From NCBI GenBank assembly GCA_964425605.1, contig CAYRNR010000033.1, positions 31 through 64,030 of the forward strand: DNA of 64,000 bases, written 5' to 3'. The position numbers were made by a program, and so were the translations under genes. This DNA comes from an uncultured Rickettsiales bacterium. GTDB taxonomy: Bacteria > Myxococcota_A > UBA796 > UBA9615 > CAYRNR01. Below the pieces are notes generated by a model that was not told where the DNA came from, did no database searches, and was given only the letters and a program-made list of their open reading frames with translations. Positions 8,624 to 16,884 of this stretch are shown here, piece after piece (positions within the stretch are counted from its first letter, which is position 1; each line of letters starts with the position of its first letter).

Positions 8624-10379
8624 CGGACGAGCCCGTTCCAGGTTCCGCGACCCGGTCGAGGATCGTCACCGTACCGTTCGCGCCGTCGACACGTATGCGC
8701 TGTCCCGTCTCGATGACCTTCGTGGCCGGACCGACGTTGACCACCGCAGGGATTCCGAACTCCCTGGCCACGATGCTGCCGTGGCTGAGCAGGCCGCCCT
8801 GGTCCATGACGATGGCCGCGGCGTTGAGGAAGTACGGCGTCCAGCCCGGGTCCGTGAACGGCGCCACCAGGATCTCTCCCGGCCGCACCTGCTCCGTGCC
8901 AGCCCGGAGGATGACCCGCGCCGGACCTGTCGCTGTGCCGGGGTTCACCCCGAAGCCCTTCAGCGTTCGAAGATCGGGATCGACGGCCTCCTCGACACAG
9001 TGGCGGGACGGATCGAACCGCCCCACCACGATCGGAGCCGGCCGCAACGTGAGGTCGCGGTCGTATCGCGCTCGGCGCTCCCGGATGCGCGACAGGGCCT
9101 CGCCGCCCCCGGCGAGCGTGGCCAGCTCGTCGATGGCCAGGAAGAACACGTCGTCGACGTGGTCCGCGGCTCCGCCCGCGAGTGCTCGGCGGCCCAGCTC
9201 CAGCAGCAACCGGCGCACACCGGCGAGCTGGCGGACCAGCTGATTCTTGACGTTCTCGCGGATCGGCGAGCAGGTACGGGCCTTGTGCAGCAGGTACCCG
9301 AACAGCCACCGCTTCAGCGGGTTGCGCAGTCTGGATCGGACCTCCTGTTCGGCGGCTCCCCTCCCCGGGACGAGCCCCTCGAACTGTTCCTGGAAGTCGT
9401 GTGTGTCCATGGCGCCCAGGTAGCTCCGGACCTGGCCGAGGATGTCGTCCGGGGCCTCGGACCAGCGCGGGTTCATCAGCTCGAGCTCGCCACGGGCGTG
9501 GTGCCCGTGCTCGGCCATGAAGCCCTCCCACCCCTGGAGGAAACGATCGCCGCCTGGCTCGCCGTCGAGACGCTCGCACAGATCGACGAATCCCTCTGCG
9601 CCTTCGACCGCCGCCGCCACCGCAGGTTCCTCTCCCGCGACCACCGCGAGCCGCCACAGCGCCAGCCCGGCGTTGGCGTTGGCGTTGTTGCCCAACCCCG
9701 CCAGGCACGCCCCGATCAACGGGTTTGCCCCCTCGCCCAGCCACTTCTTGCCGTTGTCGAACAGGACCTGCTCCCACATCACACCGACGCCCGTGGCCTC
9801 GTAGATCTCGGCGTCCTCGACCATCGTCGAGACGGCGCCAGCGGCTCGTTCGGCGAGCTGTGCATCGGACAGGGCATTCAGATCCACGCCCAGCAGCGCG
9901 CTGGACCGCTCGTGCAGACGCTGAACGATTCTGTCACCCTCCACGGGGCGGTAGGTCAGTAGACGCAGGACGAATCGGGGCATCCGGCGCAACATCCGCG
10001 AGACGCTGAAGTCGAGATCCGGGAGGTCTGCGTCGTCGATCTCGATCGCGTCGAGATCTCCAGCCGCCCCCTGCTGGCCGCCAAAGACCTCGGTCAGGCC
10101 CCGGCCTCGCATCCCGGGGATGCGACGCATCGCCCCCAGGACGGTGTTGAGGTTCGCGTAGGCCCGCCCCCCGACCCGATCGAAGAACGTATGACCCTCG
10201 ACGTTCATCCCCAGGTTCGTCATGAACCCGCTGAACAGCGACTGGATCACCGGCTGCAGCACCGACCAGCTCAGCGGCGTCACCACGTCCGGGAGCACCT
10301 CGGCGGTGTTGACGTTGCTCCACACGACGCGGTCCTGTGCGGACTGCGCCTCCGCGCTGGGGAAGACCAAGCTCGTCAT
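8616..10379 (-). CDS. PEP-utilising enzyme (PEP synthase / phosphotransferase-like, mobile His domain)
   Basis: C-terminal GILVAPFTDPGWTPYFLNAAAIVMDQGGLLSHGSIVAREFGIPAVV is the swivelling phosphohistidine domain. Start taken at the ATG at 10379. Confidence 0.75.
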   Translation of the reverse strand: MTSLVFPSAEAQSAQDRVVWSNVNTAEVLPDVVTPLSWSVLQPVIQSLFSGFMTNLGMNVEGHTFFDRVGGRAYANLNTVLGAMRRIPGMRGRGLTEVFGGQQGAAGDLDAIEIDDADLPDLDFSVSRMLRRMPRFVLRLLTYRPVEGDRIVQRLHERSSALLGVDLNALSDAQLAERAAGAVSTMVEDAEIYEATGVGVMWEQVLFDNGKKWLGEGANPLIGACLAGLGNNANANAGLALWRLAVVAGEEPAVAAAVEGAEGFVDLCERLDGEPGGDRFLQGWEGFMAEHGHHARGELELMNPRWSEAPDDILGQVRSYLGAMDTHDFQEQFEGLVPGRGAAEQEVRSRLRNPLKRWLFGYLLHKARTCSPIRENVKNQLVRQLAGVRRLLLELGRRALAGGAADHVDDVFFLAIDELATLAGGGEALSRIRERRARYDRDLTLRPAPIVVGRFDPSRHCVEEAVDPDLRTLKGFGVNPGTATGPARVILRAGTEQVRPGEILVAPFTDPGWTPYFLNAAAIVMDQGGLLSHGSIVAREFGIPAVVNVGPATKVIETGQRIRVDGANGTVTILDRVAEPGTGSSDG

Positions 10380-10492
10380 GGTGTCTCTCCCCTTGGTGCG
10401 ACGGAGCCCCATCGTTCGAAGTACGTCGTCTATCCCATCCTACACCTCCGGTTGTCGAGACAAGCCACCCCGCGGGGCGATACCCTCGGTTG

Positions 10493-11584
10493 ATGGCCAG
10501 CCGTGCGAAGAGAGCAATCCGAAAGGTCGTCTCCACCTCACGACTCACACGGGGACTCGAGCTGGGCCGTCTGGCCGCGCGGATCGGCACCCGCCAGGCG
10601 CTGATCCGCGGCGGGGCGAACGCCGACGCCAGTCACCACAAGTCGGCCGAGGCGATGCTCGAGGCCCTGGGCCAGATGAGAGGTCTCGCGCTCAAGCTCG
10701 GGCAGATGATCTCCTACGCGGACAACGATCTGCCGGCGCCCTACCGCAAGCTGCTCGCCAGGCTCCAGGCCGACGCGCCCACCATGGACAGCGCGGTCGT
10801 TCGCGAGGTGATCGAGCAGGAGCTGGGCCAGTCACCGGACGCGCTGTTCTCCTCGTTCGAGGACGAGCCGCTGGCGGCTGCCAGCATCGGCCAGGTCCAC
10901 CGGGCCAAGCTCCCGGACGGGCGGGACGTGGTGGTCAAGGTCCAGTTCCCCGGCATCGCCGACGCCATGCGCGCCGACATTCGCAACGGGGCCGTCCTGT
11001 TCGCCTTCGGGCAGCTGGCGTTCCCCAACGTGAAACGTTCGGACCTCCGGGCCGAGATGATGCAGGTCATGCTCGAGGAGTGTGACTACCGGATGGAGGC
11101 CGCCAACCAGCGCGAGTTCGGGGAGATCTGGAAGGATCACCCCGTCGTCACCGTCCCTCGGGTCCACGACGCGTTCTGCTCCGAACGCGTCATCACCACC
11201 GAGTACGTCGCCGGCCGACGCTTTGCCGATTTTGTCTCTCGCGCGCCCCAGTCCGACAAGGACCGCGCGGGCCGCGCGATGCTCGAGTTCATGCTGACCT
11301 CGTTCGTCGGACACGGCCTGTTCAACGGAGATCCACACCCCGGCAACTATCTCTTCCGCGACGACGGCACCGTGGCGTTTCTCGATTTCGGTTGTGTGAA
11401 ACGTGTGGATCAACCGATGCGCGCCGTCTTCTGCGAGTTCGTCGCGTCGACGATCGACGGGGATGCCCAGCGGTTGATGCAGGCCGTCCAGGACCTCGGC
11501 TACGCCCCTCCCGGCTCGCCCATGTCCGCCGGCGAGTGGCTGAAGGTCGAGCAGTACGTGCAGCGGCTCTGGCTCGGCGACTAG
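10493..11584 (+). CDS. ABC1/UbiB (AarF) atypical kinase family protein, terminated by an internal in-frame TAG
   Basis: LKLGQMISY..., AAASIGQVHRAKL, VVVKVQFPG and NGDPHPGNYLFRDDGTVAFLDFGCV are ABC1-family motifs. Start taken at ATG 10493, the first start clear of the divergent upstream gene. Confidence 0.8.
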   Translation: MASRAKRAIRKVVSTSRLTRGLELGRLAARIGTRQALIRGGANADASHHKSAEAMLEALGQMRGLALKLGQMISYADNDLPAPYRKLLARLQADAPTMDSAVVREVIEQELGQSPDALFSSFEDEPLAAASIGQVHRAKLPDGRDVVVKVQFPGIADAMRADIRNGAVLFAFGQLAFPNVKRSDLRAEMMQVMLEECDYRMEAANQREFGEIWKDHPVVTVPRVHDAFCSERVITTEYVAGRRFADFVSRAPQSDKDRAGRAMLEFMLTSFVGHGLFNGDPHPGNYLFRDDGTVAFLDFGCVKRVDQPMRAVFCEFVASTIDGDAQRLMQAVQDLGYAPPGSPMSAGEWLKVEQYVQRLWLGD

Positions 11585-11785
11585 GAGTGGACCTTCGGGG
11601 CCTGGTTCATCCGTGGGTGCTTGGCCCTGCTGCTCAAGAACCCCGAGATGCGCAAGTTCAGCCTGCCCCGCGAGTTCCTGTTCCTCAACCGGCTCTGGTT
11701 TGGACTCTACGCCATCCTCACCGACTTGCGCGCGAGCTCGAATTTCCACGAGATCGTGCGGGAGATACTGCCCTCGCCCCGGTGA
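11585..11785 (+). pseudogene. in-frame continuation of the ABC1 kinase ORF beyond TAG 11582-11584
   Basis: In the same frame immediately after the TAG, the sequence reads EWTFGAWFIRGCLALLLKNPEMRKFSLPREFLFLNRLWFGLYAILTDLRASSNFHEIVREILPSPR*. This is protein-like and looks like the usual ABC1 C-terminal region. Confidence 0.55.
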
Positions 11786-11815
11786 TGGGTGAGATGTGCG
11801 GGTTTGGGGGGGAAT

Positions 11816-11842
11816 CGCTGTGGACATGGCATGTCCACAGCG
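11816..11842 (+). terminator. perfect 13-bp-arm palindrome (cgctgtggacatg-g-catgtccacagcg) downstream of the ABC1 gene
   Basis: Read directly from the sequence. There is no U-tract, so it may be an intrinsic-terminator-like hairpin or a protein binding site. Confidence 0.35.
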
Positions 11843-11860
11843 ACGACGACGAGTACATAC

Positions 11861-11899
11861 GAGGAGAAGAGAAGGGAAGGGAAGGGAAGGGAAGAGGGT
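11861..11899. repeat. polypurine tract containing (GGGAA)x4
   Basis: gaggagaagagaagggaagggaagggaagggaagagggt read directly from the sequence. Confidence 0.8.
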
Positions 11900-11904
11900 A
11901 GACC

Positions 11905-12005
11905 TGAGCGTTTCTTGCGCTGAGCGCAAGTTCCAGGCCGGTCTGGGCGGTAGAGTTGGGTGGTTCTTGTGCTGAGCGCAACTTCAGGCCCAGTCTGCTG
12001 CACAG
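11905..12005. repeat. two tandem units of about 50 nt, each carrying a cttgYgc-tga-gcgcaaS hairpin (REP-like)
   Basis: tttcttgcgctgagcgcaagttccaggccggtctg compared with gttcttgtgctgagcgcaacttcaggcccagtctg. Confidence 0.6.
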
Positions 12006-12070
12006 TGCCACGGTGTTGCGGCGCGAGATAATTGAAGGTGTCGACCCGAGATAAGTCCACTCGAATTCCT

Positions 12071-12098
12071 GTTCAGATAATCCTCACTATGTGAGGTA
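12071..12098. repeat. left copy of the 28-nt direct repeat with CCTCAC-N3-GTGAGG palindrome
   Basis: gttcagataatcctcactatgtgaggta; 26/28 identical to 50151-50178. Confidence 0.9.
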
Positions 12099-12218
12099 TT
12101 TCCTGCAGTGCCATTCATTTTTCGAGCGGTCCGAGCCCATCTCTGCGCGCCTCGGCCGAGGTGAGGAGTGATTCCGATGTGGATGGGGAGCTACGAGGGA
12201 AGAGGGTGGTTCAGGGCG

Positions 12219-12860
12219 TCAGAGACAGCTCGAGCAGTCCCACGACGCCCCGGGGAAGACGAATGGCGAGCCCGGTTCCTCCACCAGTACCAAGACGCCA
12301 GTTGCCAGCTCTCCGGCCGGCTCCAGCAGGTCGGAGATGAGCTGGAGCGCGGTACATGCCGGCGTGTCCCCCTGCCCCCTTGCGGTTGCGGCACCGAAGG
12401 AAGCGACGCTCGAAGCCAGCGGGAGTGCGATGCTCAACGCGTCCGCGACCTCGGCCTTGGCTGCCTCCACGCCTTCCACGTCCTCCGGAGTTCCAGGGAG
12501 TCCCACGCAGGGGCTGGGGTCGATGACCACTGAGTCCGTGTATCCGCTGCAGTCACCCGCCTCGACGGCCTGCTTGATGGGGATGGCGACGTTGCGGGTG
12601 TAGTCGGCGGTTCCCTGCAGGATCACGCCAGCGATGCACTCGTCGAAGTCCTCGGGGGAGGCCAGGAAGGAGACCGCGATCTCCTCGCAGGCGTCCGCCA
12701 CCAGGTCCACGACGGCGTCGGGGTCGATCTGGAACGGCAGGGGATCGTCTCCCGGGGTATCCGGCGGCGTGTGGGTGGGGCAACCGCTCAGCGCCCCCAC
12801 CACCATGAACAGCAAACAGCCAGTCATCAGGGTCATCAGCAGCAGGTTTCGATTCAGCAT
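12219..12860 (-). CDS. Cys-rich lipoprotein at the prophage left end (possible lysogenic-conversion / exclusion gene)
   Basis: The ATG at 12860 has GGAGGA 7 nt upstream. Signal peptide with lipobox (LSGC). It is the last gene after the tail-fibre block. Confidence 0.6.
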   Translation of the reverse strand: MLNRNLLLMTLMTGCLLFMVVGALSGCPTHTPPDTPGDDPLPFQIDPDAVVDLVADACEEIAVSFLASPEDFDECIAGVILQGTADYTRNVAIPIKQAVEAGDCSGYTDSVVIDPSPCVGLPGTPEDVEGVEAAKAEVADALSIALPLASSVASFGAATARGQGDTPACTALQLISDLLEPAGELATGVLVLVEEPGSPFVFPGASWDCSSCL

Positions 12861-12938
12861 GTACAGGTCCTCCATGTGGGTTGCTGGGCTCGCAGACCGC
12901 TATTCCAGCGGCAGTAGAATTCTTCGCAGCTCGTCCTC

Positions 12939-13994
12939 CTAGTACAGCGGAATGCCAGTCAGGACGGCATCGTAGATAGTCACGTCGATCGCGGCGAGGT
13001 GGGGGACGTTGAAGAGCAGCTCCCACCAAATCACATACTCCGAGTCCTGGGTGCTCCAGGGCCGGTCGATTTTCAGGTCTCCCGGATGCGTGCGAGTCCA
13101 TGGAGACTGGGCTTCGAATGCCATCACGGACATGTACTGCATAGTCCGGCGACAGGTGAGGTACCGCTCGTCCGAATCCGCCTCGATGGCGATAAAATCG
13201 CCCACACCACCGCCCTGCCAACTGAGGTGGTTGCGCACGTACCTGGCTGACCCGCTTGAGTCGATGTAAGCGCGGGTATGTGCCTGCGTGGCCGTGGAGG
13301 CCCGGTATGCCCCCTCGAATCGGTTGTTCATCACGTCGGTGAGCACGTCGATCTTGTGCCGAATGGAGAAACCGTGCGCGTCTACAGACGCCATGGGGGC
13401 AGCTTGGTCGAGCTCCCATCGCAGCATCAACTGGGCGGTCTTCTCGGACCCCGAGTCGTTGTCGAGCGCGACATGAATGTAGCTCAACGCGGGGTCGGCG
13501 TTGCCCACGAGTTCCATCGTGTCGAAGGCGGCGTAATCGCCGGCCGCCTCGAGGCCTGACGTCGGGTCGGTGCCGCCTTCGCGCCAGTCGTATGTGACGT
13601 CAGCGCCACCCATCGGGACGCGATAGGCGTTGGAGAAGCCGCCGCCCCCACCGAGGCTGAGCGCGTCGACGGTCTCAGCCAAGGTCTGCACGTCGTCGTC
13701 GGTGACGCTGAGGTTCCCGCTGAACCCGGTCGCGTCCACGTCCACGCCGGCCGCCAGCGTTCCGGACCAGGTGCCCGAGTCGCACCATCTCAGGGTGTCC
13801 GAGGTGGTGTTGTAGTAGGACATGGGCTCTTGGCAGCTGCCGCCGTCGTCCCAGCCCTTGGCCTCGAGGCGCGTGTCGGCCGCGGAATCGTCAGCGAAGT
13901 CCCCGATGAACGTGGGCCACGTCTGCCATGCGGCCGAGGCCGTTGAGGGAATCAGCGCGGCGATGAACGCCAGGATGAAGATGAATCTACGCAT
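12939..13994 (-). CDS. hypothetical protein with Sec-type signal peptide, in tail-fibre position
   Basis: MRRFIFILAFIAALIPSTASA signal. It lies 8 nt downstream of the preceding tail-region gene. No family recognised. Confidence 0.6.
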   Translation of the reverse strand: MRRFIFILAFIAALIPSTASAAWQTWPTFIGDFADDSAADTRLEAKGWDDGGSCQEPMSYYNTTSDTLRWCDSGTWSGTLAAGVDVDATGFSGNLSVTDDDVQTLAETVDALSLGGGGGFSNAYRVPMGGADVTYDWREGGTDPTSGLEAAGDYAAFDTMELVGNADPALSYIHVALDNDSGSEKTAQLMLRWELDQAAPMASVDAHGFSIRHKIDVLTDVMNNRFEGAYRASTATQAHTRAYIDSSGSARYVRNHLSWQGGGVGDFIAIEADSDERYLTCRRTMQYMSVMAFEAQSPWTRTHPGDLKIDRPWSTQDSEYVIWWELLFNVPHLAAIDVTIYDAVLTGIPLY

Positions 13995-14002
13995 GTGAGC
14001 TC

Positions 14003-14203
14003 CTACTGCCCGATGCCGAACGGCATCCAGGTGTTGTTGGCCAACGTCAGCGCCTTGTAGAGCTGGCCGTCGCCGTCCTCGCTGCTGTCTCGGACCTCTT
14101 GTCCGATGCGCTCCGGCGTGAGGTTTTCGTTGGGGTTGCCGTCGTAGTCGTCAGGCTCGAGGTCCTGCTTGTAGAGAAGCGCCGGCTTGGTGATGCGTCC
14201 CAT
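14003..14203 (-). CDS. small hypothetical tail-region protein
   Basis: 66-aa ORF tightly packed in the late operon. Confidence 0.45.
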   Translation of the reverse strand: MGRITKPALLYKQDLEPDDYDGNPNENLTPERIGQEVRDSSEDGDGQLYKALTLANNTWMPFGIGQ

Positions 14204-14206
14204 CGA

Positions 14207-14563
14207 TCAGGCCCCCGCCGCGACGGAACCGTTGAAGACGAAGGCGATGTTGTCGCCGTTGTCGGCCGAGTCGAGGCAACGTCCGTAGAGGCCATCTGGC
14301 GCGCGGTACGCCGGTTCGTAGGCGCCGCCGACGACGTCCACGTCTCCGTTGCCGCTCAGCTCGAACTCTGCCTCGAGGACCAGGTCCTGGAGGCCGGAAT
14401 CGGCGTAGACCTGCAGGGTGACAGTGCCGTCCCCGGCGCCGATGCGTCGAGCGCTGATGCGGCCGAGACGACCGCGGGTTGATGCCGCGTCGGTGGCCGA
14501 GGCAGCGTCGAAGGTCGCCGCCACACCGGTGAACAAGAGCGAGTCGTGCCAGGTCTGTTCCAT
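14207..14563 (-). CDS. hypothetical tail-region protein
   Basis: 118-aa ORF, packed 3 nt from its neighbour. Confidence 0.5.
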   Translation of the reverse strand: MEQTWHDSLLFTGVAATFDAASATDAASTRGRLGRISARRIGAGDGTVTLQVYADSGLQDLVLEAEFELSGNGDVDVVGGAYEPAYRAPDGLYGRCLDSADNGDNIAFVFNGSVAAGA

Positions 14564-14573
14564 GGGTCTCTCC

Positions 14574-15203
14574 TCAGCCGATCAGGGCGGCTTCCCAGCT
14601 CACCTCGAGGGTGCGGAGCTGCAGCTCGGACGTAGCCGCGTCGCAGTCCAGCGTGACCTCGAGCGTGTAGTTGTAGTTGTCGAAGTCCAGCGTCTCCTCG
14701 AACGGCGTGTCGTACTCGTCCGTCCAGGTCGAGGAGCTGTCCGTCACGGTGAGGCTCTGCAGGACGGTACGCGTCGGGGTGGCGTCCAGCGCCTCCCGGA
14801 CGAGTTCGATGGTCATGACGGCGCTGCCGCTGGTGCGCTTGTACCAGGCGCCGATGTTGGTGATCTTCACCGACTTCATGAAGCTGAAGTGACGGTCCAG
14901 CTCGTAGGTGAGGAGCGTTGATGAAAGCGCGGCTGCGCGGACGTGCACGGGTATGGTGTACCGGTCGATCAGGCGGGTGGTGCCATTCGGCGCCAGCGGT
15001 TCGCCCGCCGAGCCGGGCTGGATGCGCAGCGTGCCGGATCGCGTGAGCAGCTCGTCGATGACGTTGTCCTCGGACATCGAGGCCAGGTCGCCCACGGCGT
15101 CGCTGACGGCGATGATGCCGTCCTGAATGGCGTCGAGGTCAGCCGAGGCGACCTGGTCACCAGAGCTGTAGTCGTGGGTTCGTGATTCGTATGCCTTGGC
15201 CAT
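14574..15203 (-). CDS. putative tail fibre / receptor-binding protein N-terminal module
   Basis: It directly follows the gp48-like gene. The N-terminus SSGDQVASADLDAIQDGIIAVSD resembles tail-fibre N-termini. Confidence 0.45.
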   Translation of the reverse strand: MAKAYESRTHDYSSGDQVASADLDAIQDGIIAVSDAVGDLASMSEDNVIDELLTRSGTLRIQPGSAGEPLAPNGTTRLIDRYTIPVHVRAAALSSTLLTYELDRHFSFMKSVKITNIGAWYKRTSGSAVMTIELVREALDATPTRTVLQSLTVTDSSSTWTDEYDTPFEETLDFDNYNYTLEVTLDCDAATSELQLRTLEVSWEAALIG

Positions 15204-15205
15204 GT

Positions 15206-15790
15206 CTATGCTCCCAGGAGGTCCCGATCACACAAGCTGTAGGGGTCGTCGCACTTGAACGTGCCGAAGCACCCGATGCCGGTCGTGTGCCCCGGCTTCA
15301 AGCGATCGATGAGCAGCTGTTCGTCGATGAGGTCCGAGTCCAGGCCGACCGATGCCGCGTCGTCCCGGTCCCACACAACGTAGAAGGTCCACTGCATCTC
15401 GAGGCAGTGCTGGTCGACGAGGCTGCCGGGGTCGTCGCAATGGAAGGCCCGGAACTCCGCGATCGTCACGATCAGCCCGGTGAGGGACTTGAGCTGCGCG
15501 GCAATGTAGGCGGGCTTCATCGTCGGCTGCCGAGTGAACGCCTCTAGTACGGCCGCCTGGCGATCCGACTCGGAGTCACCCGAGGCAGGGTGGAGATCGT
15601 AGATGGTCTCCCAACGGTCCAGAAGAGTGCTGTCGTCCGGGAAACACGCATCCACCGAGAGCGCGACCTGATCGTCCGCCTGGTCGAGGGCCTCAGTCCA
15701 TGCCTTGGCCTCCTCGAGGTGATACGCGTCCTCGTCCCTGGAGTAGGGACCCCAGACGAACAGTTTCTGGAATAGGTCGAATAGCGCCAT
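15206..15790 (-). CDS. Mu gp48-like baseplate/tail protein (DUF2313)
   Basis: Position after baseplate J. Pattern LLDRWETIYDL...AAVLEAF...IAAQLKSLTG is typical of DUF2313. Confidence 0.65.
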   Translation of the reverse strand: MALFDLFQKLFVWGPYSRDEDAYHLEEAKAWTEALDQADDQVALSVDACFPDDSTLLDRWETIYDLHPASGDSESDRQAAVLEAFTRQPTMKPAYIAAQLKSLTGLIVTIAEFRAFHCDDPGSLVDQHCLEMQWTFYVVWDRDDAASVGLDSDLIDEQLLIDRLKPGHTTGIGCFGTFKCDDPYSLCDRDLLGA

Positions 15791-16884
15791 CAGGTGGACG
15801 CATTCACAGTGATGACGCCGGGCATGATCAGCTCAGCGGTGGACGAGTCGAGCGTTGCCGTCACGTCCCCGGCCGGCACGGCCAGAGTGAAGTTTCCGAC
15901 ACCATCGACGCTGTTGATGGCCGTGTGCAGGTCGGCCCAGATGAGCGATACACCTGTCTCAAGTGTGTCGTAGTAGTTCAGGATGGCGAGTTCGATGGGA
16001 TCGTCCAGCGTGGCGACGTCGATGCCTTCGTCGGCGACCAGGTCGTTGATAGTGACGGCCTGTATCTTCGCGTCCGGTGTGACGACCTCGTGGTCGAGGG
16101 TCGTGACCGGCCGCTCCTCATCGAGCTTGTCCTCCACCGACGTGATCAGGGAAGCGCCGGGCAGGGCCAGGTGGCCGTCCACGCCTTCGGTAACGATCGC
16201 CACATCGATCGTCCCGGTACCGCGGCGCTCGGGATGGGTGAAGGCGGCGACGACACCATCGACCGACTCGGCCCACTGTCGCCAGTCCGACTCCGTCCCT
16301 CCTGCAGGGGGATTCTGGATACGGTCCAGGAGCCGAGCCAGCAGCGCCGCCGGAGTCTCCTGGTCGGTTCCGCCGGTGAAGTCCACCAGCGCGTACAGGT
16401 CTTCATCCACGCCCACGGGCGGGGCAGAGAAGGTGAACAGCTCACCCTGCGCCCAGTTGACCGAGACGCCGGTGTCGACGGACACGGCGTCCACGCCGAC
16501 GAACCCGAGGCCCGAGATGGTCTCGGCCTCGCTGGTCTTCCCCTGTTGGCCCTCGGCGTCCACGAACGGCGTGTTGATGGGCACGGCCGCAAAGGGGGTG
16601 CCGGTCACCCATACCTGGCCGTCGCTGATCGTCGGCACCTTGCGGGTGATGCCGTAGACCAAGGCCCAGCGCACCAGGTGGGCGGTGTTGGCCGTGTTCG
16701 GGAACCGTTGGTTGATCGACCAGTCGATGTACTTGGACTGCCCTTCGAGGATGGACGCGAATGCCTCGGCGCGGAGTCGAGCGTCCGATGCTTTCCCGGT
16801 GCTGAGGCCGGAGATGTTGGAGCGCAGCTTCGTCAGCAGCTCCTCACACCAGACGGCGAAGGTCTTGGGGGTCAGATCGGTCAC
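15790..16884 (-). CDS. baseplate J-like protein (Mu gp47)
   Basis: GTG start at 16884 overlaps the upstream stop (GTGA). Size and position match, with J-like sequence (GTESDWRQWAESVDGV...). Confidence 0.7.
   Translation of the reverse strand: MTDLTPKTFAVWCEELLTKLRSNISGLSTGKASDARLRAEAFASILEGQSKYIDWSINQRFPNTANTAHLVRWALVYGITRKVPTISDGQVWVTGTPFAAVPINTPFVDAEGQQGKTSEAETISGLGFVGVDAVSVDTGVSVNWAQGELFTFSAPPVGVDEDLYALVDFTGGTDQETPAALLARLLDRIQNPPAGGTESDWRQWAESVDGVVAAFTHPERRGTGTIDVAIVTEGVDGHLALPGASLITSVEDKLDEERPVTTLDHEVVTPDAKIQAVTINDLVADEGIDVATLDDPIELAILNYYDTLETGVSLIWADLHTAINSVDGVGNFTLAVPAGDVTATLDSSTAELIMPGVITVNAST

Noticed and set aside
11786-12070. tRNA/tmRNA gene as integration target; also checked 50069-50242
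   Set aside because: No cloverleaf-like sequence or GGTTCGAATCC-type T-arm was seen. No tyrosine or serine integrase ORF exists in the element.
12060-12110. Search for canonical 5'-TG...CA-3' termini with a matching 5-bp target duplication at both boundaries (also 50140-50200)
   Set aside because: Candidate pairs tried by eye (attcc, tttcc, gttca, tgtga) did not recur correctly at the other end, so no ends are claimed.
12168-12533. 121-aa plus-strand ORF at the extreme left end of the prophage, preceded by gaggag
   Set aside because: It lies antisense to the better-supported lipoprotein gene, which has a signal peptide, a lipobox and a strong SD. Its product is Arg/Gly-rich.
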